NCBI GenBank assembly: GCA_965116025.1
Contig: OZ220480.1
Location: 1,954,985 to 2,018,984, forward strand
DNA from: an uncultured candidatus Porisulfidus sp.
Lineage (GTDB): Bacteria; Pseudomonadota; Gammaproteobacteria; Poriferisulfidales; Poriferisulfidaceae
Direction: 5' to 3'
DNA length: 64,000 nt
Part shown: in pieces, positions 30,301 through 37,592 of the stretch
Layout of the letters: each line of letters starts with the position of its first letter
How positions within the stretch are numbered: position 1 is the first letter of the stretch
Made by a program: the position numbers and the translations under genes
The notes under the pieces: model-generated
The model's database searches: none
What the model saw: the letters and a program-made list of their open reading frames with translations, nothing else
What the model was told of the DNA's origin: nothing

Positions 30301-31213
30301 CGCCACTGTTCCGCGCCCGAATGCGGAAGCGGTACTCCACATCGTTGTCCAGACCCGTCACCGTGTGCCGCACGGTGGCCGCGTCCGAACCGGAAATGGC
30401 GGTCCAGCCGCCCCAGCCGGCGGCGCCCTTCTTCCGCCGCACCTGATACCGCGTGATCGAATCGTCGTCCGGATCGGTCCACGACAGCGTCACCCGCGTG
30501 TCGCCCGCCTCCGCCAACAACCCCGTCGGGGTGGCGGGGACGGCGGTGGTGCCGTCGTCGTTGTCAGTGATGGTGAGGATCAGCGTGTTGCTGTTCTGCG
30601 TCCAGCCATCCGAACGTGCCAGCGAGTTAGGGACAAGCCTTAAAGCGACGGTTTCCCCGGTCCCTTCATCAGCTGTGTCGCCCAGAATGCCAATCGCGAA
30701 ACTTCCATTCGTCCCAATGTTAACATTTACGAATGCGTTGTCGCTGAAGACGCCGGGATAACAGATATCCGCACCGCTGGACGGAGCGCTGCAAGAGGTC
30801 GTGCCAACATTGGTGTTGTCGGTTGCCGTGCTGCTGCCAGCAACAAACTCAACGTTAAACCCCACTCTAGTTGGCGTGCCCTCCCCGAGCTTGACGTTGA
30901 TCGTCACATCCTTCTTGCCGGAATCGCCCTCGGTGATCGTGGTTGACGCGGTCGATATGGCGACGGTCTTGGCGGCGCGGGCGTTTTCGGGCGCGGCGAG
31001 CGCCACCAGCGCGAAGAAGACGAAGGCGAGTCCCGCCGTCAGGCGGCGAGCGACTCTCCCGAGACCACCCACAGCCTCAGCACCCCATATAAGGGGGGGG
31101 GGGGGGGGGGTATGAGAGTTAGGCAAAGATTCCGCCTTAATCACAAACACTCGTCCGACCAATCCAGTGCTGATCGCCGACATTATAGCCCAGCTCGTCA
31201 GGCGCGCCATCAT
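27374..31213 (-). CDS. Large autotransporter-like surface adhesin (Calx-beta-like domain, 3 FN3 domains, 2 Ig/cadherin-like repeats, C-terminal beta-barrel)
   Basis: Signal peptide ending ARA-A. TITEGD...ITDND Calx-like domain. Three FN3 units (VTLSW...GL.NG..Y.FR). Two EG.SGSYTVVL..KP repeats. C-terminal barrel ending LRASLQW. True start uncertain (31213, or GTG/TTG down to 31126). Confidence 0.85.
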   Translation of the reverse strand: MMARLTSWAIMSAISTGLVGRVFVIKAESLPNSHTPPPPPLIWGAEAVGGLGRVARRLTAGLAFVFFALVALAAPENARAAKTVAISTASTTITEGDSGKKDVTINVKLGEGTPTRVGFNVEFVAGSSTATDNTNVGTTSCSAPSSGADICYPGVFSDNAFVNVNIGTNGSFAIGILGDTADEGTGETVALRLVPNSLARSDGWTQNSNTLILTITDNDDGTTAVPATPTGLLAEAGDTRVTLSWTDPDDDSITRYQVRRKKGAAGWGGWTAISGSDAATVRHTVTGLDNDVEYRFRIRARNSGGNGRQSAVVEATPSASAAVPKPELSAEAGYASVTLSWSALSGVTVASWGYQYKPDGGSWSGTKTIDDGSATSHTVSGLTVGTKYTFRLFARTGSGAQSVWSDQVKATPTNTVPKPVLTAAGSDASATLSWNALSGIPITSWGYQYKSSGGWSTTTTLTGGSRTSVKVTGLTNGTKYTFRLFAAVRPGVQSSWSDQVKATPMPLPGVTLKPMELELEEGDSGSYTVVLSSKPLAAVTVSVGGTTAEVTATPSRLTFTTADWSTAQTVTVTAVEEDDDTMTDPPTRLTHVATSRGYGSVSVGTVEVSVKEDDPGGTVAPTELTVVEGGSGSYTVVLHTKPSASVTVTVGGASGDVSAAPSSLTFTTATWNVPVTVTVSAAADEDAEAEVAVTLTHATAGGGYDDATLSDVSVSVSETTPILQLSADPSVTAEGEAIRLTVASDKAVTGMLTVRLRLSAREESGFDAEDVEGGLGPRDFQADFGAEAGMAGIVLIPTAGDQGSEGEEAYRVELLSGTGYAVGADALADGIVSDRLGAAARASRVNAAALPQALAAAVAQATGVIARRIELAASGVEPEALDLGAALASGAGADGAGLDWRAALSGTALATGLTGADGSRVASVWVRGALSSLDGSEDGVSWDGEVWSAHAGVDFRARPDVLAGVAASYAEGDLDTEADGVRGRHETRLASVRPYMAWLLEDGSSLWASASYGRGKVRVREDGQATREADLRTRSASAGGWRTLSERSGAGGDVLRLALRGEGSLARARTDAEDGLEGLSVDASRVRLALEGSRERVLEDGGRLTPALEAGARYDGGDATDGAGAELGASVSYLDGTGRMSVELRTRALVAHEADRDEWSASARMSVTPEASGRGPSLRLSLGRGDAGSGLARLFAREGSSARLGEAEARTRLEAEVGQGLSGPWAGLATPYAGLSVEESGLALLRLGTRYRRGETLALALEAETGDESRIALRASLQW
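29170..29650. repeat. Intragenic tandem duplication of about 321 bp (Ig-like SYTVVL repeats)
   Basis: AGAACCACCGTGTACGAGCCGCT occurs at 29301 and 29622 with similar flanks. Confidence 0.8.
29701..30250. repeat. Intragenic tandem duplication of about 276-279 bp (FN3 domains)
   Basis: TCGGCGTCGCCTTCACCTGGTCCGACCAC occurs at 29701 and 29977. GGCTTGGGAAC occurs at 29958 and 30237. Confidence 0.85.
31093..31110. repeat. G18 homopolymer (C18 on the coding strand); candidate phase-variation tract
   Basis: 18 consecutive G, encoding T-PPPPP-L near the adhesin N-terminus. It is the only tract of this length I saw in the window. Confidence 0.85.
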
Positions 31214-31222
31214 TAACGAGAA

Positions 31223-34200
31223 TCACTTCGCATGATCAGGGAGGATAGCCCTCACAAGAGCGTCGATTTCCGTCAACGTCCCGTCCTCCGCGAGTCGTGC
31301 GCGAACGCGCCGGGAGGCGGCGACTTGACCAGCGGGCAGATCCATCGCCCCTACAATCTTTTCCGCCCTCGCCGCCAACGCGGCTAGCCGCTGATGAGCG
31401 CCATCACCCGCCTTCCAAGCCGGTATCGGTACCGCCCGCCACGGATTCTTGTGAAAGTCGCGACCACTGGCGCGACAGGCTCGAAACGCTTCTTCGAGAG
31501 CGGGCGCGTTCAATACGGCCACTAGATAACGCGCTTCCGCGACGGTTCCCATAGAACGCCGATATAGCTTTGAGTCCACTACGGCCATTCCCTCCGGGAC
31601 ACGCGCGGCGCGCATCACGTCTCCAGATGCCGGATAAACTACCAAATAGGCGCGACGAGCCTTCAGTGGCAACTGGGCTGACAACTTGCCGCCATAGTCG
31701 ATTTGCTTGATCAGGGTGCTCGGGGTGTTGCTGCCAAGCCCTCTGCGCTCGCGGTAAAGATCATCAAGCTCGGTCCAGAACGCTACCTTTCGAGCGACTT
31801 CCGTAGATAGCAACTTTCCGTCTTCGCCACGGGGAATTATGACCGTCTCCAGCCCTTCGGGCGAAAACCCGAACGGGAGCAACAGCTTTGATGTCAGCAA
31901 CGGGGTCAGCCAGCGTTCCGGGACCTCGCCCTCGCGAGGCCGAACCATATCCCACGGGGGATGGTCCGAACGCGCCATGGTCACGGTCCTAGCTTCGGAC
32001 CGGGCCCCGGCCCCCACCATCGCCGTCTTCGTTAATACTTTTGGAACGACTGTGGCACCCTGCCGCCAGTGGTCGGCCGCATAGTCAGATGGTAATCGCG
32101 GGATCTGTCGGGGCGCGACCCAGCGCAACAAAGCCCAAGTCTCGTCCAACGACGAGGACGCGCCAGGCGTGGCACCGACGCTCTCCGCTTTCAGCGTTTT
32201 TCCGCCAACATCGCCACCGGGAATGCCAGACACCCGCCGAATCTCGAAAAGCGCGCAACAACGCCTCGCATCACCCCCGCCAAAGACTTTCACGTCTGAC
32301 AAATCAAGGGCCTGGGCTAAAAGACCGACGTGCCAATCGCGAAACTTCCTCCAGTTCCCGGCGCGAATGGCGGCCGCCTTGGTCACCCATGCGGCGGGAT
32401 CGGAACCTGGGTCGTTCAGATACGCCATGCGGGCATGGCGTATGAACAGTTGCGCGATGTCGAAATGCGGAGCCTGCTTCCCGCCTGTCCAGAGATCAAG
32501 ATGGCCCGCCTGTTCATCTTTGCCGGCCATGCGCTCCAACGCGCGTTTTCTCTCGGGAACCTGGATTTTCGCCAGCTTGACCCAAGGCGGATTGGCGACG
32601 ATGCGATCAACCTTGCGCCGCGCCAGCCGATCCGGACCAAGAACGTTGTTGATATACCAAGTCCAGACCGAGTTACCTTCTCTCTCGATCGCCTCCACGA
32701 GATTCTTGTGGCATTCAGCCACCATTTCGCGATTCCCTTCGTTATCAACCGCCAGGCCGATATCGGCCGGCAACGCGCCGCCGCGCGCGGCGGCATCCAC
32801 CATGCGACGGAGCATGTCGGGAAAGTCCGCGTGTTCCGTGAACGTCCTTGGCAAAACGATTTCATGTCCATACGGAGTCCGTATCAGGATTTCCCCATTA
32901 CGCGGCTCGAACAGGGTGCGCTCGTCGGTCTGCCGCAACATCAGCGCGTCGCCTTGATAGATCGACAGCGCCATGCTCGCGGCGGGCGGCGTGGCCGGCA
33001 ACGCCCGCAACAACGTGGCGCGACTGAACTCCACGGCCACCGGATGAATGTCGATGCCATGCACGAGCAGGCAGACGACCTCGGCTCTTTGTCCCGGTTG
33101 CAGGTCTCTCGCCGCCTCACAGGCCAAGATGCGCCTCGCGCAGTGGTAGAGAAACGTCCCCGAGCCACAGGTCGGGTCCAGAACGCCAACGCCATCCATC
33201 CGGTCACGACCGCGCGCCGTGATGAGCGCGGCGGTGACCGCTCGCTCGCACCACTGCTCATCCAGGACCTCGCCCACCATCAATTCGGCGAGCCAGTCCG
33301 GAGTGTACACTTCCCCGAAGTCGCGGCGGTCACCGCGATCCACGAAACGCTCGTAGAGCGGGCGTAGCACATCGCCTGCCGTCCGCCGCCATTCATAGGC
33401 ATGCGCGCGGTCGAGCAAGTCCTGCGCCCAGACTCGCCCGTCCTCAATCTCGACGATCCATGCCGGAAATCCATCGCCCAAAATCTCAACAGGATTGGGC
33501 CGGGCGTTTGGGTTGAACAGCGTATGCGCCACGCCTCGGGCGAGGGCGACCAAGAAACAGTGGGCGGTGAACAGCCGGATTCGGGCCGCGTCGGTTTCCG
33601 GAGCCATGCCTGACCCTCGGAGCATGTCCAACCATAGCCGCATCTTGGTATCGGTAGCCCGCCGAACGCGCTCGCCTACTAGACTCGCATGCACCTCCCG
33701 CAAGTCTTCCAGAGACCCCGCGAAGAGCGGAACCGGGTCAGAAGGAATCCATGGCCTGCCAACGGGCTCCACGTCAAGAATCGGTCCGACGCGAAGCACT
33801 AATTCGTCGCTAGTGCTCGGCCGAAAACTGTCGAGCACAAGTTCTGGCACGGTCTGGCGAGCATGCGGAAACCGCCACGCATGCCAGACGCGGCCATCCG
33901 TCACGATACCAGTCCAAAAGAGATCCGGTTGCTCCTCCAGCGGCGACCGGTCAAGCTCGTCCTCCATCTCCGCGGTCAGATAGCGCTTGAGTTGCTCGAA
34001 CGGAGTCTCGCGGATTTGCGCTCGGTGCGGATCGTCCGCCAGACCGGCAGTCTTGGTCTCAATAAATACCCGCCGGTTCGGTAGGAAAATATCGGCCAAA
34101 CCACCCCTCGTCCTGAAGGTCAGGAGATTCTCGATACCCAAGCAATCCAGAAGCCGCCCGATATCCTGCCGGACACGATCCTCTGGACGGCTTGGATTCG

Positions 34201-34264
34201 CGTCCAGCAATCTTCGCGCGGCGCGAATCGAGTCTCCACCGAGGTCGCGCGGCACGGAACTCAC
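31223..34264 (-). CDS. Fused restriction endonuclease / N6-adenine methyltransferase (type IIG/IIC-like)
   Basis: N-terminal AD-x9-ETK nuclease-like motif, GEVYTPDWLA, VLDPTCGSGTFL, GIDIHPVAV, NPPW and a C-terminal TRD-like region. Start uncertain (GTG 34264; ORF open to 34651). Confidence 0.85.
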   Translation of the reverse strand: MSSVPRDLGGDSIRAARRLLDANPSRPEDRVRQDIGRLLDCLGIENLLTFRTRGGLADIFLPNRRVFIETKTAGLADDPHRAQIRETPFEQLKRYLTAEMEDELDRSPLEEQPDLFWTGIVTDGRVWHAWRFPHARQTVPELVLDSFRPSTSDELVLRVGPILDVEPVGRPWIPSDPVPLFAGSLEDLREVHASLVGERVRRATDTKMRLWLDMLRGSGMAPETDAARIRLFTAHCFLVALARGVAHTLFNPNARPNPVEILGDGFPAWIVEIEDGRVWAQDLLDRAHAYEWRRTAGDVLRPLYERFVDRGDRRDFGEVYTPDWLAELMVGEVLDEQWCERAVTAALITARGRDRMDGVGVLDPTCGSGTFLYHCARRILACEAARDLQPGQRAEVVCLLVHGIDIHPVAVEFSRATLLRALPATPPAASMALSIYQGDALMLRQTDERTLFEPRNGEILIRTPYGHEIVLPRTFTEHADFPDMLRRMVDAAARGGALPADIGLAVDNEGNREMVAECHKNLVEAIEREGNSVWTWYINNVLGPDRLARRKVDRIVANPPWVKLAKIQVPERKRALERMAGKDEQAGHLDLWTGGKQAPHFDIAQLFIRHARMAYLNDPGSDPAAWVTKAAAIRAGNWRKFRDWHVGLLAQALDLSDVKVFGGGDARRCCALFEIRRVSGIPGGDVGGKTLKAESVGATPGASSSLDETWALLRWVAPRQIPRLPSDYAADHWRQGATVVPKVLTKTAMVGAGARSEARTVTMARSDHPPWDMVRPREGEVPERWLTPLLTSKLLLPFGFSPEGLETVIIPRGEDGKLLSTEVARKVAFWTELDDLYRERRGLGSNTPSTLIKQIDYGGKLSAQLPLKARRAYLVVYPASGDVMRAARVPEGMAVVDSKLYRRSMGTVAEARYLVAVLNAPALEEAFRACRASGRDFHKNPWRAVPIPAWKAGDGAHQRLAALAARAEKIVGAMDLPAGQVAASRRVRARLAEDGTLTEIDALVRAILPDHAK

Positions 34265-34894
34265 GCGACGCCGCCCCAGCGCGCCTGTCGTTCTGCCTGT
34301 CCGGTCGCGCCGTGCGCGAGCGGGAGCGGACCGATCTCTCGGACGTTCGAGCTCATGGATTAACGCTCTCTTGATGAGTTCAGAGAAAGCCGGGGAAGTT
34401 CCTGTGGAATGATAGCAGAAGAAGCCCCAGAGAAGACGAAGACGAGCCCATGGCATAGTTCGCAAGGTGGAATCCCGGGAAGACACGGCTCCACAATCCT
34501 GTTCGCGCGAGACTGCCGCCATACGCCCTCGGCAAACGGAGGCGATCAAGAGCGCATTTGGAGCCCGCACCGAAATTCCGGCAAGTTGCGCCGGGACGCA
34601 TGGCCATCCACCGCAAAGAGACGAGTCAGGACATACGCCATCCTCGGCCAACGCATGACGCGAGTGGAAGATCTTCTGGAAGGTCTCTGCACCCGGCGGT
34701 CGCGAGAGTTGAAAGCCTGACAGAGACGAATATCCTGGAAAACGCCCGATGCCGCCTTGGAAATCAGCGTCAGTGCATAGCGGATCGATTCCTTGCCGAG
34801 AATGGCGAGAGGGCTCGTGGTCAAAGTGAAAGTGACCGCTTTCGTCACGCCAATACCCCCGTCACGGTCACTCGCCCAAGACGCCAGTGGAAAA

Positions 34895-34923
34895 TTGACA
34901 GCGCTCCGGGAGAGGGTTATAGT
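34895..34923 (+). promoter_or_regulatory. Near-consensus sigma70 promoter of the NHLP precursor gene
   Basis: TTGACA (34895-34900)-17 bp-TATAGT (34918-34923), with an AT-rich tract immediately upstream. Confidence 0.75.
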
Positions 34924-34984
34924 TCCAATGAGATCGTGAACCTTCCTAACGAGAGGATTTATGGGATCATTCGCGGAGGCGGCC

Positions 34985-35236
34985 ATGCAGCGCGCGGAGG
35001 ACATGCGTCGCCATCTTACTGAGAAAGCACTTGAGGACATCGAGTTTCGCAAGAAGCTCGTGGAAAACCCCAAAGGCGCCATCGCCGATGAATTTGGCGT
35101 TGAGGTGCCGGACAACTTCGAAATCAAGGTGCATGAGAGTGACATGCACACTCTTCACATCGCCCTGCCAGTTGGCCCGGAACTTGATGAAGAGCAACTC
35201 GAGATGATCGCCGCTGGCCTGTGCTGTTGCCTCTGA
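34985..35236 (+). CDS. NHLP-leader (proteusin-type) RiPP precursor, core LCCCL
   Basis: KA..D.EFRKKLVENPK.AI..EFG...P....KVHE......LP....ELDEEQLEMIAAG leader with a double-glycine-type AG site, followed by LCCCL. GGAGG RBS before ATG 34985. Confidence 0.9.
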   Translation: MQRAEDMRRHLTEKALEDIEFRKKLVENPKGAIADEFGVEVPDNFEIKVHESDMHTLHIALPVGPELDEEQLEMIAAGLCCCL

Positions 35237-35694
35237 TCCCGAAACGCTCGCCTGTCCTTGAGGCAAACGGACCGACATGGACTTCATTCTGACGAGACCA
35301 GCTACGCGAAATCAACTCCGCAGCGACAAAAACCCCGAAAGAATTATCGCTTGATCGACCCAATGGCCAAACCCTTGGCTTTTGAGGTGACCATCGTTCG
35401 AACAACTTTTCTGCGCGATAAGAACGTATCGATCACTCGCGCTCTCGTATCTGGAGCCATCGCCAAGACATGCTTGGCCAACCCACCGGCGTGTGGTCTC
35501 GGTCAATTCCCTGCCCCAGCCTCCCGCCATTCGCGCTCGCCACGCGACTCACCGCATGGAAAAGATCTGAGAAGTGACCTCACTCCCGTAACGGGAGAAA
35601 AATCCGACTGATTCTCGCCAGACTCTCGAATGGCCAATAGCATCTCGTCGATAGCGTCGTAGCGAGATTTTCTGGTAGCCAGACGTGGATCCGA

Positions 35695-36786
35695 CTACAG
35701 CAAGTCGCGTTGCGCCGGCTCTTCCGCATCGGAATGCGAGACCAGATTCGAGACCGTCACTCCGAGCAGCCGGACCGCTTGACCTGGCCTCGTGGCGCGA
35801 CGCAACAAATCCGGCAGAACGTTCGCCATCTGCCGATACGACGCCAAAGGCCTGGCGAACGAGTGGCTTCTGGTCACTTGCGTGAAATCGCTGAATTTTA
35901 CCTTGACCGTGACCGTCTTCCCGGTCAGCCGCCTCTCCTGCAAGTCCAGCGCCACCTCACGCGCTCGCAACCTGAGCGCGCGCGACATTTCTTCCAGATC
36001 CCGCAGATCCCGCTCAAACGTCGTCTCCGAACCCAGCGATTTTCGGGGACGGTCTGGCTCCACCTCGCGGAAATCCATTCCCCTCGCCGCCTGATAATAG
36101 TATTCGGCATGCTTCCCGAACAGTGGCTGAAGTCGCTCCAGCGACCACTTTCTGAGGTCGGCACCAGTCTCGATCCCGAGTTTCTTCATTCGCGCCGCCG
36201 TGACCGGTCCGATCCCAAAGAACTTTCGGATTGGCAGACGCGACGCCAGTTTCGGGCCCTCTTCTGGACGCACGACGGTCAGGCCATCGGGCTTGTTCAT
36301 GTCCGAGGCGACCTTGGCGAGAAACTTGTTGTACGAGACTCCCGCCGAACCGGTCAGCCGGGTTCGTTCCAGGATGCGGCGCTTGACGTCTCGCGCGATA
36401 TCCGTCGCTATGCCGCCGAACAGGCGGCAACCCGTCACGTCCAGATATGCCTCATCCAAGGAAAGGGGCTCGACCTTGTATGTGTAGCGACGAAAAATTT
36501 CCTGGATTTCCGCGGATACGCTCCGATACAGGTCAAATCGCGGCCGTAAGAAAACGACTTCCGGGCATCGTTTCTTGGCCGTTCGACTCGCCATCGCCGA
36601 ATGAATGCCATACGCCCGAGCCTCGTAGTTGCATGTCGCCACCGTGCCGCGGCATTCCGGGTCGCCGCCAACGACCAAGGGGTGGCCACGTAGCGAGGGG
36701 TCTTCCCGCGTCTCGACAGCCGCGTAGAACGCGTCCATATCGATATGGATGATTCGGCGCGCGTGGGGATCGCTCGCGGAAGCCAT
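35695..36786 (-). CDS. dinB: DNA polymerase IV
   Basis: IHIDMDAFYAAVE, CNYEARAYGIHSAM, SLDEAYLD, NKFLAKVASD and VRLLGV motifs. Confidence 0.97.
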   Translation of the reverse strand: MASASDPHARRIIHIDMDAFYAAVETREDPSLRGHPLVVGGDPECRGTVATCNYEARAYGIHSAMASRTAKKRCPEVVFLRPRFDLYRSVSAEIQEIFRRYTYKVEPLSLDEAYLDVTGCRLFGGIATDIARDVKRRILERTRLTGSAGVSYNKFLAKVASDMNKPDGLTVVRPEEGPKLASRLPIRKFFGIGPVTAARMKKLGIETGADLRKWSLERLQPLFGKHAEYYYQAARGMDFREVEPDRPRKSLGSETTFERDLRDLEEMSRALRLRAREVALDLQERRLTGKTVTVKVKFSDFTQVTRSHSFARPLASYRQMANVLPDLLRRATRPGQAVRLLGVTVSNLVSHSDAEEPAQRDLL

Positions 36787-36807
36787 GACTCTCGCGCCAA
36801 ACGAGAT

Positions 36808-37506
36808 TCACCCGGAAGAAAACCGGGCCCGCAGCGCTTCCCGGTCGAACCACCAGTCCGACGTGACCGCGTCGAGGACGCGCGCCATGCGCTCCAGCAA
36901 CACGTCCACGTCGTCCAATTCGTGCATCCGCACCCAAATCCCGATCTCCTCCTCGCTGGTAATGCCCCGATGTCGCTTCGCCACTTCCGCCACTTGCTGC
37001 CGGGCTAGAAAGACCAACCGGTCGCGTTCCGCCCCAGCCGCTCGTTTATCCATCAGAAAATACGCCAGCATCGCGACCACGGCCGCGCCATCCGACTGCG
37101 CTGGCGTCTCCTCCACCAAATGACGCGACATCCGCCAGGTCAGCTCTGGATCCACCGGACAGGCTAGCGCGAGCCAGAGGCCATGCCCCAAGGCCTGCGT
37201 GGATTCCGGACGTTCGCTCAGAAACATGATTTCACAGGCCGAGACCGCCGCCCCATAGCGTTCCAGCCGAACGCCTTCATCAAGACTTTCCCGGGCCATC
37301 CGGAACGCCGCCTCGAACTCGCCGAGATCCAGCGAGACTCGGGCGAGATCCAAGCGCGCGTCAAGCCGCTCCGACGCCTTGAGATCTGGCCGGCGCAACT
37401 CTTGCCCCAGCGTCAGCCGGCGTTGTTGCAGCGTCGCCTGCCCGGCTTCCGCGGCCGCGTCGATCAGGCGGTCGCGCAACCGGCGAGTCTGCCCGGATTC
37501 GCTCAT
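36808..37506 (-). CDS. Hypothetical all-helical (TPR-like) protein
   Basis: 232-aa ORF with plausible helical composition, co-oriented and 21 bp upstream of dinB. Confidence 0.65.
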   Translation of the reverse strand: MSESGQTRRLRDRLIDAAAEAGQATLQQRRLTLGQELRRPDLKASERLDARLDLARVSLDLGEFEAAFRMARESLDEGVRLERYGAAVSACEIMFLSERPESTQALGHGLWLALACPVDPELTWRMSRHLVEETPAQSDGAAVVAMLAYFLMDKRAAGAERDRLVFLARQQVAEVAKRHRGITSEEEIGIWVRMHELDDVDVLLERMARVLDAVTSDWWFDREALRARFSSG

Positions 37507-37535
37507 GCGCTAATTGTACGCGGAGCTCCCCGATC

Positions 37536-37571
37536 AAAAAAGAAACGCCCCCTCGAGAGGGGGCGTTTCTT
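37536..37571 (-). terminator. Rho-independent terminator of the alkB-like gene
   Basis: AGAAACGCCCCCTC / GAGGGGGCGTTTCT perfect inverted repeat preceded by an A-run, i.e. a U-tract on the minus strand. Confidence 0.9.
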
Positions 37572-37592
37572 GACGAAATGAAGGATCGACGC

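Noticed and set aside
27206-30643. Long plus-strand ORFs (611 and 533 aa) rich in Arg, Pro and His
   Set aside because: Antisense shadows of the G-skewed adhesin gene. The same applies to most long Arg/Pro/Gly-rich alternative ORFs in this high-GC window.
34265-34890. Possible tRNA, ncRNA or small ORFs in the long spacer
   Set aside because: No cloverleaf, T-loop or convincing protein motif was seen. An Infernal/Rfam scan would be needed.
35285-35315. Hammerhead-like core CTGACGAG...CGAAA downstream of the NHLP precursor
   Set aside because: Stem II cannot pair beyond one G-C, and I could not build stems I and III; likely chance.
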